Shown here piece by piece: positions 1 through 13,390 of a stretch of 64,000 nt of DNA; within the stretch, counting starts at the first letter, position 1, and each line of letters begins with the position of its first letter. The stretch lies in assembly GCA_020137815.1 (NCBI GenBank), contig CM035354.1, forward strand, positions 6,448,001 through 6,512,000, given 5' to 3'. This DNA is from Hormiphora californensis (Eukaryota; Animalia; Ctenophora). The notes beneath the pieces were generated by a model. The model worked only from the letters and a program-made list of their open reading frames with translations. It ran no database searches and had not been told where the DNA came from. The translations under genes were made by a program, and so were the position numbers.

Positions 1-533
1 TGCACTGATTCGAAACACGATTCGAACGTGGTTGATAAACCTTTGAAAAATTTTCAAAACTTTTTTTGCAAAATTTTACAGAATGATTGTCAATGCTTTG
101 ATCGGTGCTCCCTATGAATTTTCAGAGAAAAAGATATTTTGAAATTCGAATTCTTCCTCACCCCGCTGAAAGTGCCCTGATTCGGTATGGTATCACGTAT
201 CGGTTCGTTTCGAACCGTCTAATTAGCGACAGGACATGCGATAAGATGCACTGATTCGAAAAACGATTCGGTCGTGGTTGGTAGTAGTGTACCTTAGAAA
301 ATTTTTCATAAATTTTTTCGAAATTTTTTTAAATTATTTTCCTTTTCTAATCAGAAATGATTATATAATGGACATTGCATTTTGATTTAACACTTAGAAG
401 TGTTTTAGTATAGCATTTTGGACAAAAATAGGGTTTTATGGACCAAATAGGCTCTACCCCGATTTAACGGACACCCCGATTTAACGGACAAAACCCTTTC
501 CCCCGAGGGTGCCGTTAAATCGGGGTCCGACTG
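1..533. mobile_element. Partial Tc1/pogo-type MITE in a POLE intron; same family as 41004-42574
   Basis: Ends ...GTTAAATCGGGGTCCGACTG|TA. It is a close reverse-complement match to ~41004-41530. Confidence 0.85.
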
Positions 534-594
534 TATTTGTTGTTTTGTTGCCGCGGGGGGAAGTTTGTATGTATGTATAGATCGTGTATCTTAC

Positions 595-3500
595 CCTTCC
601 ATAGGCACGTTTGCAGTACTCATTAAGCCTCTTCTTGGCAACCTCGGCCCGCTCAAGGGGAGGCAACTCATGGAATGTTTTGGGAACCCCCTCTGAGCTC
701 TTCGTAACCACTCTCTCGCTCTCCAGCTGCTGCACGATACTTTGATACTCGGCCCTGGAGGCGGGAGAGAAGTCACCCCTCCACTTCCAGTCCATAGTTC
801 TCTGGCACCTGCACAAGGAATTGGGTTGTGTGGTGCGGGATGTGAAACAGCTGTATAGACTTGTCTCAATCAGACAGGTCGTTTCCCTCACTTTATCTCT
901 CTCAACCTATTTTTCTCCTTCACTCAAAAACACGGTAGGAATTACGAAAAGTGCAGCACTGCCGGTACCTTGATGAGGGTTTGTTGAAATCACATGCAGC
1001 ACAAGTGATCTGATCTACGAGGGCGGTTGGCTGGAGTCGATTAGTTAGGATAATATTGGGATACATAGCACCCACATCTAAATGGTATATCATCGGCTTC
1101 TCCACTCGATTAGGAGTATCACGGAGAGATGTCAGGATCTCTGTTATCTCGGATATCACCTAGCAAGATCATAACAATTAGCCATTAATTAGCGGATAGC
1201 TACCGTAGAGAAAGAAGTGTTGTGTGCTGCAGTAGCGACCAAGATATCTATATTGAAGATATCATGACCCCTGGTTGATATAGTTTTTACCTCCTCGAAG
1301 TTGGTCACATACTCCATTGGTACTTTCTCCTCCTTTTCGATGGCAAACTTCATCGTCTCCTCCAGCTCATCCAGCAACGTCTGGAAGGCAGAGGGGGTAA
1401 CCCGGAATTTGATGGGAATATCCGCCCGGAAAACTCCTGACTCCAAGGCTTCAACGTGACCACCCACGTAGGTTTCTGCTTCCAAAAGGTGGCCATCAGT
1501 GGTCATTTTACCGAGTTCTGCCCTTTGCTTGTTTGGAAACACAATGTTCTCCCTGCAGAGAGATATAATGTTTTATGAAGGAGCACCAAGACAATGCATT
1601 TCAAAACATTGAGATCTGAAACAACCTACTTGTAAGCTTGGACCATGAGGAGCGCCTCACACAGGGTTCCAGATCCCTTTCGAAGGACCTCATCAGGAGG
1701 CATTGGCAGGATGGTACACAGGGCAAAGGTGAAGGGGTGGACATACTTCATGTAGAGGTAATAGGTTGCTACTGCATCTGATACACTGTACGTAGACATC
1801 ACCTGGCAATGAAGTATAGTTAATCAAACACCTGTCAAATTAAGTGGTTTGTTAGGAAAGGAGTGGTAGTTGGAAATGGGGCAGCCTTTCCTTTTCATAT
1901 AATTTATACAGGCCCTCGAGGGGGTGTAATCCCCATCGAAGGAAGTGCATGATATAGTCACATATATACCTGAGGTTGTTCAGCTGCCATTCTGCACATC
2001 TCCTCAGGATCCAACTCTACCGGATCATATCTCAACTTGGCCTTGGCCACCGCTTTGAGGTTCTGAGACCCGATGGGCAGGTAGGAGTCTCGCTGGACCC
2101 AGTTGAATGCATCCATGTGGGAACAATATCTGGATAACCATGCCCCGTTATCTTCTTTGAATCCTATCTCCTCGTACATGTTGAGACCTGGAATACAACT
2201 TACTCGAGTTTCAGTTCAATTACCAATCAACTATGTACTGATCAATTACTAATATGTAACTAACTAATTACTAATCAATTAGTTACCATGAAATTCTGCC
2301 CGGGCAGCAACATACGGGAAATCAAAGAAATCTCCGTTATAGGTGACAATCACATTAGGAGACAACTCCTGGATGTGCTCAAAGAAACGGACTATCAAGG
2401 CTTTCTCATCTGCTTCATTCATAATGATAAAGGGCCCTTCAAACTCTGGCCGGGGAGTGTACTCAAAGTCAGCAATGTCCTCAGAAACAACCTGGAAGAG
2501 GTTATTATCATTCTTGAAACAATTGAACACTACATGGAAGAAGTTTTAAAATGTTTATTTGTGAACACTATCTAGTATCTATCCTAGCTATAATGATCTA
2601 TGACCCTGAAATTACCTCTCGATTAGTAATGAGATGTCCCTAGTTACCTCTCGATTAGTGATGAGATATCCCTGCCCATCCACCATGTAACTAATCATCA
2701 TGATGGAATCAATGGCTGGATCAGGGAACTTTAGAGGCAGCTTCGTCGTCTCAATATCATACGCAAAGACAACCGGGTCTGGGGTATCGATAAGATCTGG
2801 TCGGCGCACTATTATTGGCTCGTCCGTTCCCTGGCCTGTCACTGAATACCTGGGGAGATGAGGACATGTGTATACCAAGACAGTGCAGTTGTCCTAAAAA
2901 GGATCCAGAAAAACATTCGGCACTCTATAAATTAATTAAACGTGTCTAAAATTAATCCAAATGTATTGTTCGTACAGCCTGAATTTGACAAGTATCCCAT
3001 GGCTATAGACTCACCAGTGTGCTACAAAAAGGTCCCGGTCGATGTTTGCTCGGACATTGTAAGGTACATCATATTCCCTCATATCCAGTATGTGTACTGT
3101 ATGGTCTGTTAGCACCTTGGAGGCACCTGCACCTGCTGAAAAGAGATATCGTGTTTCAGGAAATATTGGTCGTGCTACCCAACCGGTGCGTGAGGTTAGG
3201 GTCACAAAATATACATAATAAAATGAGAGCTAAGTCTAAGAATATTACAAGAGTACAATGATACATTACGCGGTGTATTATACTCGTCATGTTCTAACCC
3301 GTATTTACGGGCGCGAATTGCGATGGAAGAGGGTTGTGCAAGACAATTACCTTGTTTTGTAGTGTGAGGAGCCATCATCTCCCTGTATATCTCCTGATGT
3401 TCATCTTTACTCTTATTCTTATTCACCACCGTAGTTATGAACTTACGGACCTAATGGTGAAATGTTAGAAATAAACCCTGAAACCCTGAAACAATACAAG

Positions 3501-4360
3501 GCCCAGAAACTTCACTAGCATTTCTCCAAAGAATCATAGAAGAAGAGAAAACAACAAGAGTGGGAAAGAGTTTTGGGTCGTAGGGGCGGTTACCTTTTGT
3601 AGGTCGCTGGTAGTGAGGAAGGATAACTTGATGTAGGGTTGCTGTAGACCTATCAGATGGTTCTTCAAGTCCAAGTCTTCCTTCTTGACTTGCTCAACAG
3701 TCATTGACACACCACTGAACTTCTTACTGGAAACCAAGTAATAGTTATAAGACCAAATATAGGCACATTGCTATTGGTCATGATAGGAAATAATGGTATG
3801 GTCATCACGTGGTGCTCTAACCTGAGATAGGAGCACACCTCCTGTTCGTGGCCCTGGGCAGCCCGTACAAAAAAGTACGGTTTGTGTGGAATTGACACTT
3901 TGAACCGGGCTCCATCCTCCTGTAGAAAGTAGTAGTCCATGCAGCTCACCAGCCTCTTCTCTTCATCTATCATCTCTGTGGGCTGCATGTTGACCATCCA
4001 CCCAATACGCTCTGTGGGCTCCGTGTGCCGGCCATAACCAAACCTGGGAGAGGGAGTGAAGTGGGAGGTGAGTAGGGAAGGAGTGAGGGTGGTAACTGAC
4101 ACTGTCAACCAATCATGGTCTGGTATTCCTAAGTAAAACTGATGGGTAATTGTGGTTACTGGGTTTAACGGATGGATAGTGGATACTGGGGCGGTAACTG
4201 TGGTAACTGGTAACCATGGTTACAGAAGCAGTGGTTTCTATAGTTACCTGATATCAAGTGTATCACTAAACCGGGCATTCCTAACTCTCTGTTCATAGTT
4301 TTCATTCGCCGCTCCCTCCTCTTTGTCTGCATTCTGTTGAGCCTGCTGCCATCCGCCCAT
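595..4360 (-). CDS. POLE: DNA polymerase epsilon catalytic subunit, 5' ~12 exons; gene continues off the left edge
   Basis: ATG at 4360 (MGGWQQ...). Exon peptides: [106 protein letters not shown] boundaries. Confidence 0.97.
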
Positions 4361-4536
4361 TAGCTATTAGAAGAAAGAGGGACTGAGATATGAACATCAG
4401 AAAGAATGTTTGGAAATGAACCTGATTTGTGTAAAATACGTGACATACAAAGAGAAAATGAAAGTTTGCAAATGGTTGAAAAATTTGAGATGTAAAGGAA
4501 ATAAATTATGTAATTTTAAAACAATTATTTTTCTGT

Positions 4537-6538
4537 CTAGTTCTGTTTCAGGTCTCTATTACCCCCATCATCGCTAAGGGTTAGCTCCTCTAAAATCTCC
4601 AATATCTCGCTACAATCCTTACCACCAGTGGGCAAGGCTCGCCCCCAAGAGCCCCTCTACATTGATATGATCAAAGTCCTGTGGACACCTCTCGAGTGTC
4701 TCCGCCACTGTCCTGACCGCACACAACCACAGATCGGAGGACGACTGACATTCCAGGAGATAGTCAACCGTGGCACCCAGCCAACTTCTGGGCAGGAGAG
4801 GGAGGGCGGGGTGGTGGAGTATTTCTCGTGACATAGGAGGAGGAAGCAGCAGTACCTGATAGTAGCCAGATTAGGAGCATCTGAGAAGAGTTTAACGGTA
4901 TCAACCTCAGACGGGATGATGCAGTACAGTTGAAGAGAGACTAGTTCATCAAACACGGGTAGGAGAGAGATGGGGATACCAGCTTCGTACTCACAGAACG
5001 CCATCCTGAGTAGAACCCCACCAAAAGAGTCCATGATGAAACATCTGAACTCGGGTTTAGCCAGCTGGTTAACAAGTCCCCGAGATATGGAGTAGGAGAG
5101 GCAGAAGTAATGAAACTCCTTGTGGGCGGCTCCCTCCCACACCGCCAGGAGGTAATCAGAGAGGGAGATGAGAGTTGGAATTGTGTGTTCTGCCTCATCA
5201 TCAGCCAGCCATGATAGGTAGATACTAAACAGATGAACGGTGAGTGGGGTCCGTGTTTTTATTGTCTGGAGGTAGAGTGCCACCGCTTCCATGGTCGTAC
5301 GAAGATCTGAGATCTGTCTCCAAACTGCCTCCCCGGCCTCCTCCAGCTTCGCCAGGTGACTGATACAGTTGCCAACCGTTAGTGCCAGCGCTACCAACTG
5401 CACCTCAGTACACCCCTCCGTTGTCTCGTGTGACCCTTGCTCCACCATCACGTCCAACTGAATCTTCAGCTCAATACCACTTAGATAAAACAAAAGGGGT
5501 GTAACAGTGGACTTAGGAAACTTGTCCGTCAGGTACTGCCCCTTGGATAACACCTTGTACCTCTCTCGACTTGGTATCCGTGATTTTAACAGCCCTTCCA
5601 CGGCATTAAGAAGCCTGTCACTGCACTTCTTCCGGAGGGATAGGGTGGGAAATGTTTCCAGCACATGAATTACATCGTGAACAAGTGACACGTTCTCCTC
5701 CACCGAGAGAGGTTTGACCAGTTCAATCCTGTTCACTAGGGCCTCAAGGTGGTCCCGCAGCTTGTTGACAGGTGGATCCAGGGTACAGAGGGTGGCTGAC
5801 TTCCACAGGTAGGGACTGTATCGGCCCAGGTTTACCACCTCTAGGAGCAGTTTATCGGGAATGGTGGCAGTGAGATAGTCCAGAATCTGCTGAAGGGACT
5901 CCGCCCCTTCCTCCTCTATATCGTCTATCATCTAACAAGTGGGTTGTTTAATTCAGAGGTAGCAAGGTATAGGGGTCTAACAGCAGAATGGGTAATAACT
6001 TTGATTATACTCGCTAATGCTCAGATAAAAATGAAATCTGTCAGAGTATTGGTATTTGGTATGGCCCGACAGTGTGAAACGTACCTCAAGAAAAGTAGGA
6101 AGATATTTCTCCAGATGGGAGATAAACCTGTCCTGTAGGAAACACGTCGCAATGATCTGAACTCCAATTGTTTTGTATAGTGCCGCATTTTCCTTTTCGT
6201 CATCCACTGCCACTAGACGGCACACAAAGCTGATATTGACTGATTTAGCTAGCAGCTCCCTGAGGCAAATGGATTTGTTAGCAAATACTAAATAGCAGAT
6301 GGGCGCAATACTAATAAAGGGTTAAAATATCAGTCAGTCCAATAATGATAATTCCATAAACGGGAGTGAGCCTAGTTACAACACGAATAGAACCCTCCCC
6401 CCAACAATACCCGAATTCCGGTGTCATGGAGTCTGGCTTGACGGCCTTGGTGAGCAGGAGCAGGTGGGCAAACTTCTCCGAGTCATTGGTGCTGTCCGAT
6501 AACTTCCTTAAAATATCAGTAGGGACTTTACCGAGCAT
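4537..6538 (-). CDS. NCDN: Neurochondrin-like helical-repeat protein (about 3 exons; two apparent frameshifts near the 3' end)
   Basis: N-terminus NDSEKFAHLLLLTKAVK resembles neurochondrin NDSEQFAALLLVTKAVK. Large exon = ORF 4657-5931. The C-terminus appears to continue in shifted frames (DLWLCAVRTV; ...EILEELTLSDDGGNRDLKQN*). Confidence 0.72.
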
Positions 6539-7557
6539 TGCTAATCATGAGAAGGGCGGGTTAATTGACGATAATTTCGCGAAACAACAGTGGGTTTGTT
6601 TTGAGTGTCCCATCTCTCTCTCGCGCACTTCACAGCTTGTTCGCGCTCTCTCGGCTGCCCATCGTTCTGCTCTACCCATAGTGGGGGCACCGCGCGTTAC
6701 GGCAAATTAGCATAATGAAAGGGCCCAGTGTGTCGTGTGTGGGACAATTCTTCATTGAAGCGGTAACGGCTTGAATCAGGAATAAGGTCGCTTGAATGGG
6801 AGAATCGGTAATTAAGAAGAGCGTGTCAGATGCTCTCATGAGCTGTTTTAAAATCGTTCCAATGACTCATAAGGTGATCATGAGAGCAGCGAACACGTTT
6901 TTCTTATTTACCGGAAAACCAATGTAACAAGCTTAACTAATGCGCTAGTCCCTGATCACCCTTGCCTAATGCCTAGCTAGACCCTGTAAGGGGGGGGGGG
7001 TAGAACATACCAAGATCATCCCTGAGTTTTACAACTTGCTTAGGTACCAGTGGATAACTCACCACAAGGGCCGGGGGGGGGGGGGGCACACATTAGAATT
7101 CCTGAGGACGTCATTTGTTAATGGTGTCTCACGACATAGAGCGGTTCTATGTAGTCAATATATTAATCACTACCTTGGTGTTATACTGCTCTTGAATCTA
7201 GGCAGTACGTGTTGGCACCAGCTTTATGGACTGAGCGGTATACACTTTTATTATTTTACCAAATGTATATGGTTGTTATTTACCGAAATATTATAAAGAC
7301 TAAATCTAGCAGTTATTCCACAGAAAAAAACCCCGAATGTTCATTTTCTGTTCAGTCTTTACAGTATAGCATGTATTTGTTCAATTTTAAATCGAATCAG
7401 GAAGCGCATATTATCCAGAAACCTTATTGGCCAGAATTCTCTTTAGAATATATTCCGAACTTCTCCCGAACTTCCTCGTTTTAGACAGTGACTTTCGAAT
7501 TTTGACAATATTTTTCTGTTGTACTTCTTTCTGAAAAAAAAACCCCAACAATTTTAA

Positions 7558-8964
7558 AGTGGGAGTGGACCGACACAGAATTGGACAATGTTGTTGTAGG
7601 TAGTAGAGTACGGTGGCAGATTCCGGCCAAGAGTTTTTTCAATCAAGTGAAATATTTTTGTTTGAAGTTTTATAAAAATTTTATTTCAAAATAAAAATAA
7701 ACATGTCGTTAAAATTATTGGCCGGAATCTGCCACGCGGGTGGCAGATTCCGGCCAAGATTCTCAAAAAACCTTGGCCAGAATCTGCCACACACGTGGCA
7801 GATTCTGGCCAACCAACTAAAACTTGTTTATATCAAAGCGAAAACCACTGTACCCGACTAATTTTGAATCACGTAAGATACTTTTCCAATCCCTCAGAGG
7901 TCGGGAAAGTGTCATAATTGACCATAATTGGGTCTAATTGACCCAACTTACAACTGTTCACCTTAAAACGATAGACGCTTATGTGAAGGCACTTTTCCGA
8001 CTAATTTTGATACGCTGAATCACGTAAGCAACTTTTCCAAGTCCTCAGAGATCGACAAAGTGCCCTAATTGAGCAATTAAGGCTAATTAGACCCAATTAT
8101 ACCCAATTAAGGCATTTTCCCGACCTCGGAGGACTTGGAAAAGTTGCTTACGTGATTCAGCGTATCAAAATTAGTCGGAAAAGTGCCTTCACATAAGTGT
8201 CTATCGTTTTAAGGTAAAAAGTTGTAAGTGGCATCAATTAGACCCAATTATGGTCAATTATGACACTTTCCCGACCTCTGAGGGATTGGAAAAGTATCTT
8301 ACGTGATTCAGCGTATCAAAATTAGTCGGGTACAGTGGTTTTCGCTTTGATATAAACAAGTTTTAGTTGGTTGGCCAGAATCTGCCACGTGTGTGGCAGA
8401 TTCTGGCCAAGGTTTTTTGAGAATCTTGGCCGGAATCTGCCACCCGCGTGGCAGATTCCGGCCAATAATTTTAACGACATGTTTATTTTTATTTTGAAAT
8501 AAAATTTTTATAAAACTTCAAACAAAAATATTTCACTTGATTGAAAAAACACTTGGCCGGAATCTGCCACCGTAGTAGAGATTATTTCTCTGAGCATTTT
8601 GCTTTTTTCCCGCTTAAAATTGGCCCCTCCATCACTGAGATACTTTTGTCTGTATCGTTTTTACCATCGTTTTTACCATCGTTTTTAGGATGTGTAGAAC
8701 GTACTCTATGTACTCTATATGTTGGGAGCATGACATCACGCATCTATCTCTGTATTCTCTCTGTAGGTAGTACATCGAACATGCCCGGGCGCGCACACAT
8801 ACAGAATACAAGAGATAGATGCGTGACGTCATGCTCCCAACATAACAAAAGTATCTCAGTGATGGAGGGGCCAATTTTCAGCGGGAAAAAAGCAAAATGC
8901 TCAGAGAAATAATCTCTACTACCTACAATAATCTTGTCCAATTCTGTGTCGGTCCACTCTCACT
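7558..8964. mobile_element. Fold-back MITE with TTAA TSD (Kolobok-like), interrupted by a nested element
   Basis: TTAA|AGTGGGAGTGGACCGACACAG ... CTGTGTCGGTCCACTCTCACT|TTAA; long internal inverted repeats 8575-8964; diverged partial copy at ~10225-10397. Confidence 0.8.
7609..8574. mobile_element. Near-perfect ~970 bp palindromic MITE with 6-bp TSD (IS3EU-like)
   Basis: GTAGAG|TACGGTGGCAGATTCC ... GGAATCTGCCACCGTA|GTAGAG. The empty site is recoverable from the host element's other arm. TAY..RTA termini with a 6-bp TSD fit IS3EU. Confidence 0.8.
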
Positions 8965-9103
8965 TTAAATGTTAATTTCCTGTTCAGTCTTCACAGTTTA
9001 GCAATTGATTTACTGAATTTCAGATCGAATCTTATTGGCCAGAATTCTTTTATGAATCTCTTTCAAATGTATTCCTCACCAATTCCAGTTCTTGTTTAGT
9101 GTT

Positions 9104-9193
<90 letters not shown>

Positions 9194-9204
9194 AGAGAGA
9201 GAAG

Positions 9205-9235
<31 letters not shown>

Positions 9236-9240
9236 GAGAG
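9104..9240. repeat. (GA)n microsatellite
   Basis: Direct reading. Similar tracts at ~12270-12420, 12840-13040, 24240-24310, 25085-25150, 28350-28390 and 29118-29167. Confidence 0.98.
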
Positions 9241-9633
9241 CGAGGGGGGATGAATCAGAAAGCACATATATGTCCAGAAATCTTATTGGCCAGAATTTTC
9301 TAATTGCAGTAGTTAGTCCGTGGTTATAATGATTGCTCTTTCACCTTACCTTCCTGTTCTTTCTGAAGAGAAGCTTCTAATATTGTAAATCTTTCCTCAG
9401 CTTCTCTTGTCGGTAAGACCTGCAATCTAAAGCAAATAAACAGAACTACAGCTGATCAACCAATTATTAAAGCTACTCGTATTATCGTCTCTAAATGGAC
9501 GCCGTAAAATCCGTTTTGGGTTATTGTAGAAACTTTGCTTGAGCCATATTGTTATTGATATCTAATATCTATTCATTACTATCTAGCAAATCAAACTACT
9601 CAATTTTTCCATCTTTTAGTTCCCAGTGCCAAA

Positions 9634-9951
9634 ATGATCCGAACCTGCCTGCTCCTCAGCATTCTCCTCGGAGTGTCTCTGTCTATCAAGTGCTATGTTG
9701 GAGCAATTACTGATCAGGGGCAAGGTGCAAAAACAAGAATGGATTGTACTAATATGTATAGTAGCTGCAGTAAGTCAACAACTGGTGCTACTACTACTTA
9801 CGCGTGTGGCGAGTGTATTTTATCCAGCTGTCAGAAGTGCACCTTCAACTACTGCAATGATGATGATACGTCAAGCGGCTCAACTATCTCTGGTGGTACT
9901 CTACCCGTTGCAGTCATTATCATCGCTTCCATTGTGATTTGGATGCTCTAA
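9634..9951 (+). CDS. Ly6/uPAR (three-finger) family protein, probably GPI-anchored, copy 1
   Basis: Signal peptide, IKCY start, 8 Cys ending CxxCxxxxCN, hydrophobic C-terminus; single coding exon. Confidence 0.88.
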   Translation: MIRTCLLLSILLGVSLSIKCYVGAITDQGQGAKTRMDCTNMYSSCSKSTTGATTTYACGECILSSCQKCTFNYCNDDDTSSGSTISGGTLPVAVIIIASIVIWML

Positions 9952-10952
9952 ACATATAGGAGAGAAGTGTTAGAAACTGTGTGAGAAAGACTGTGAAGGA
10001 CAAACCACTGTGAAATCGCTGAGTTTAGTGTGAGTTAAATACTGAAATAGAAGAAAATATAATGTATTATTTATGCGAATATCTACTACAATTTATTATT
10101 TTGTATTGTACAATTTTGACCAATTCTTGAGTCACATAGTTTTGAATACATACAATGAATAGTGTTTATTTAGGACTGTAGAGGAGCGAGGTCTTTCTCT
10201 CTAGGTCTCACAAAAATGGACTTTATGTGTGTGTACCCTGGCATGCCAGATGTATTGCCTACAGGGGGAATACAGAGAAATATCTCAGTAATGGAGGGGA
10301 AATTTAAGTGGGAAAAAGCAAAATGGTCATTGGTCAGAGAACTATTATCTACTACCTACAACTTGTCCAATTCTGTGTGGGTCCACTCTCATTTTAAAGA
10401 AAAAACAGCGATTTAGCAGTAGGGAGTAGGACGGGATACCGATCCGTGATCACGATCACATCAGACGACTGTCTGAGTTGACAGACACGGATGTGAAGGA
10501 AGCACGTGGAGTGAAAATGATATATTGTGGTGCACAATTTAGTGCTACTAAAACAAAAGGATTTGTTCTGTACTGTTTGTGTGATATATAAAACTCATAA
10601 TACTCACTGCACAATTTCATTGAATTTTTCTTCTCATTTTACAACTTCGTAATTTCGGCTAGAATGACAGTGAAGTCATACGATAAGACTCCTACTGCAC
10701 ACACAAACATTATCTCTCTACCTCTCATTGTACCGTCCATGCTTTCTTTTCCTCTCGCTGTACGTCATTCTTTGTGGATTTTGCTTCCCTCAAAGATTTG
10801 CTATGTTTTCTTTACCCCTGTATGTGTGTTATTGCAGCACACTTTCTATATCTATGTTGTTTCTGATAGTATACTGTGATACTTGTAGGCTAGAAATCTC
10901 ATATCATTAATATTTACTGCCAAATACATTTCCCACAGTTCCTAGTGGTAAA

Positions 10953-11246
10953 ATGATCCGAACCTGCCTGCTCCTCACCATTCTCCTTGGAGTGTGTCTG
11001 TCTATCAAGTGCTATACTGGAGTCACTAATAATGGTGATGGTGCAATGGTGAAGACAGACTGTACCAACCTTTTTAGTAGCTGCAGTGAGTCAACAGTCA
11101 GCGGAATTACTACTCACTCGTGCGGTGGTTGCAGCGGCCTCGTATCCAACTGTAAGGATTGCTCCTCCGATCTCTGCAATGGTGGCACCTCTGCTCTCCC
11201 AGCACTGGCGGTCATCATTTCTTCCATTTTGTTGTGTATGTTCTAA
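10953..11246 (+). CDS. Ly6/uPAR (three-finger) family protein, copy 2
   Basis: Paralog of 9634: MIRTCLLL...IKCY...CSSDLCN plus hydrophobic tail. Confidence 0.88.
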   Translation: MIRTCLLLTILLGVCLSIKCYTGVTNNGDGAMVKTDCTNLFSSCSESTVSGITTHSCGGCSGLVSNCKDCSSDLCNGGTSALPALAVIISSILLCMF

Positions 11247-12639
11247 ATAGAGCAGAGAAGAAAGTGTAAACTGCATGATAGAGACAGAAGACTGTGAAAT
11301 TGCTGAGTTAATTGTGTTACAATCGGAAAATAGAGAAAGAAAGCGTCGTGTGCTTTTTACAAAACCCGTCATTATACTGATTTTGAATGTTTAATTCTTG
11401 AACTGTAGTTCAATCTGTTCTGTACACGTGGTCAAGATTTAGCTTGCATTAAATATGTTTTGTGTGTCAAATATTCCTACTGCTGACTATTTTATTGAGT
11501 TTGATTTTTCCTTTCTTTATCACATGTGTTTTGCAGTACCATTACCAATCAAAAGAAGTCATTCTGATTTTTCATGAATGAGATCTCATCAGGATCAGGG
11601 AGGAAAGTTTAACCAAACCACTTCCACAACCGTGATCTGCCCGTATTTATGTTTCCCCTTTCAACCATTGATCAGTAGGGCGTGTAGGGCAGGATTCCGG
11701 CAGGATATTGTCGATTTTGGGGACCGTTTTTAAAATTTCAAGGATAGAAATTATCCTTATGTTTCACAATCGCAGGGAGTGTGGGGGACACAGACCTGCC
11801 CGTTGAATCCCTTTTGAAATATCATTGTTGATAAAATGACCAGATAACAAATCTTATTTCATTGAAACTGTATCTGCATAATTCGACAAAAAATTGACAG
11901 AAAACCGGTAATCGAGGATTGAGGAATGCCTTGTATGTATGGTATGGCTCACACCATCATTTTATTTCATAAAATGAGCACACTCGGTAGTTCAAGGAAT
12001 GCAATTCCTTGGAATGAGGAAGGAATCTGCCGGATTTCTTGAGAAAATCCGAAGATTTAAATTGTGAGATACACAACTTGCTAGGGTACCTTATTACTGA
12101 CAACATGCCTGTTAAGGGACATGTACTGTTTATCATTCAACAACCTCTTCTCCTCATTCCTTCGTCCCTGGAGTGAAGGAGCGTGTTCTATGGAAGAGAT
12201 AGAGCTAGATAGAGATGTTACTGTCAGAAATAAAGGATATCGAGAGGAATGAAGGCAATTTAGCAAAAGAGGCGGAGATAGAGAGGTAGGTAGATAGAAA
12301 GATAGGGATAGAGAGAGAGGGAAAGAGAGATAGAGATAGAGAGAGAAATAGAGAGAAAGAGAGTGAGAGAGAGGGTGATAGAGAGAAGGAGTGAGAGAGG
12401 AAGAGAGATATGTAAAGAGATAGAAAAGTTTTCTAAGAAAACTTAGTTAACTATCGACAGATTAGCACCAGTACTCATATATCAACACGAAAAAAAAGCA
12501 AAATAATAATTTCCATGGAAAGATATATCCCTCTCAGACTATATATCCCTGTTCTTTGTCTAATAAATATATCAGCTATTTGCCTAATATCCTCGGTGCT
12601 TGTAGAGTTCCACGGATATTACTGATACGGGCCACAGTA

Positions 12640-12840
12640 TTACCAGTCGAGAATGCCATTATTGTTCCTTGTACTAGTCGCATTGGCCTTGATAGCATCC
12701 ATATCCCTCTTATTAAAACTAAACGGATGATAGGATTTGCATTTGACATCAAAGCAACTGGTATCGGGCTGGATGAAAGGACAGGGTTTTGGGTGGAATA
12801 ACTGACAGTCCGTGACAGTGCAACCATTCTCAGTGGTACA
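12640..12840 (-). pseudogene. Orphan reading frame with two tandem CCCH-type zinc fingers (possible retroelement ORF1 remnant)
   Basis: Manual translation CTTENGCTVTDCQLFHPKPCPFIQPDTSCFDVKCKSYHP...LDW*. No ATG; bounded by GA repeats. Confidence 0.5.
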
Positions 12841-13390
12841 GAGAAAGAGAGAGAGAAGAGAGAGAAGATAGAGAAGATGAGAGAGAGAGAGAGAGAGAGA
12901 AGATAGAGAGGATAGAGAGAGAGAGAGCGAGAGATACGCTTATACTCTTGCTGAGCTCCCTGCGCTCTCTCTTTCTCTTCGTCTCTCTGTATCTCTCTCC
13001 TCTCTCTCTAGGCTCGCTCGCGCTATCTCTCTCTATCTATTCTCGCCGCCTCCTGCTCCTAGATTTGCGATCGGTACGAACGCCCCAGTTCTACATAATA
13101 TATATAATATAAAATATTTCTTCGGCAGAAATTTCTAACTAATTCTAATTCTCTTTGCAGCAGCATGCTTACTTTTCCTCTAACCATCTTTCATTCTTAA
13201 TTGTTTATACTACCCCAAAGATTTGCCACGTTTCCAGTACCCCTGTTATATATAATATGTGTGTCATTGTAGGACCCTTTCTATATCTATCTTGTTTCTG
13301 CTGTATGCAGTAATACTTGTAAGCTAGAAATTTCACTATATCATTAATATTTACTGCCAAATACATTTAATATTTCCCACAGTTCCTAGT

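Noticed and set aside
9050-9329. ORFs of poly-(LS) or poly-(RE)
   Set aside because: Translations of (GA)n microsatellites; the same applies at 24949, 25305, 28306 and 29004.
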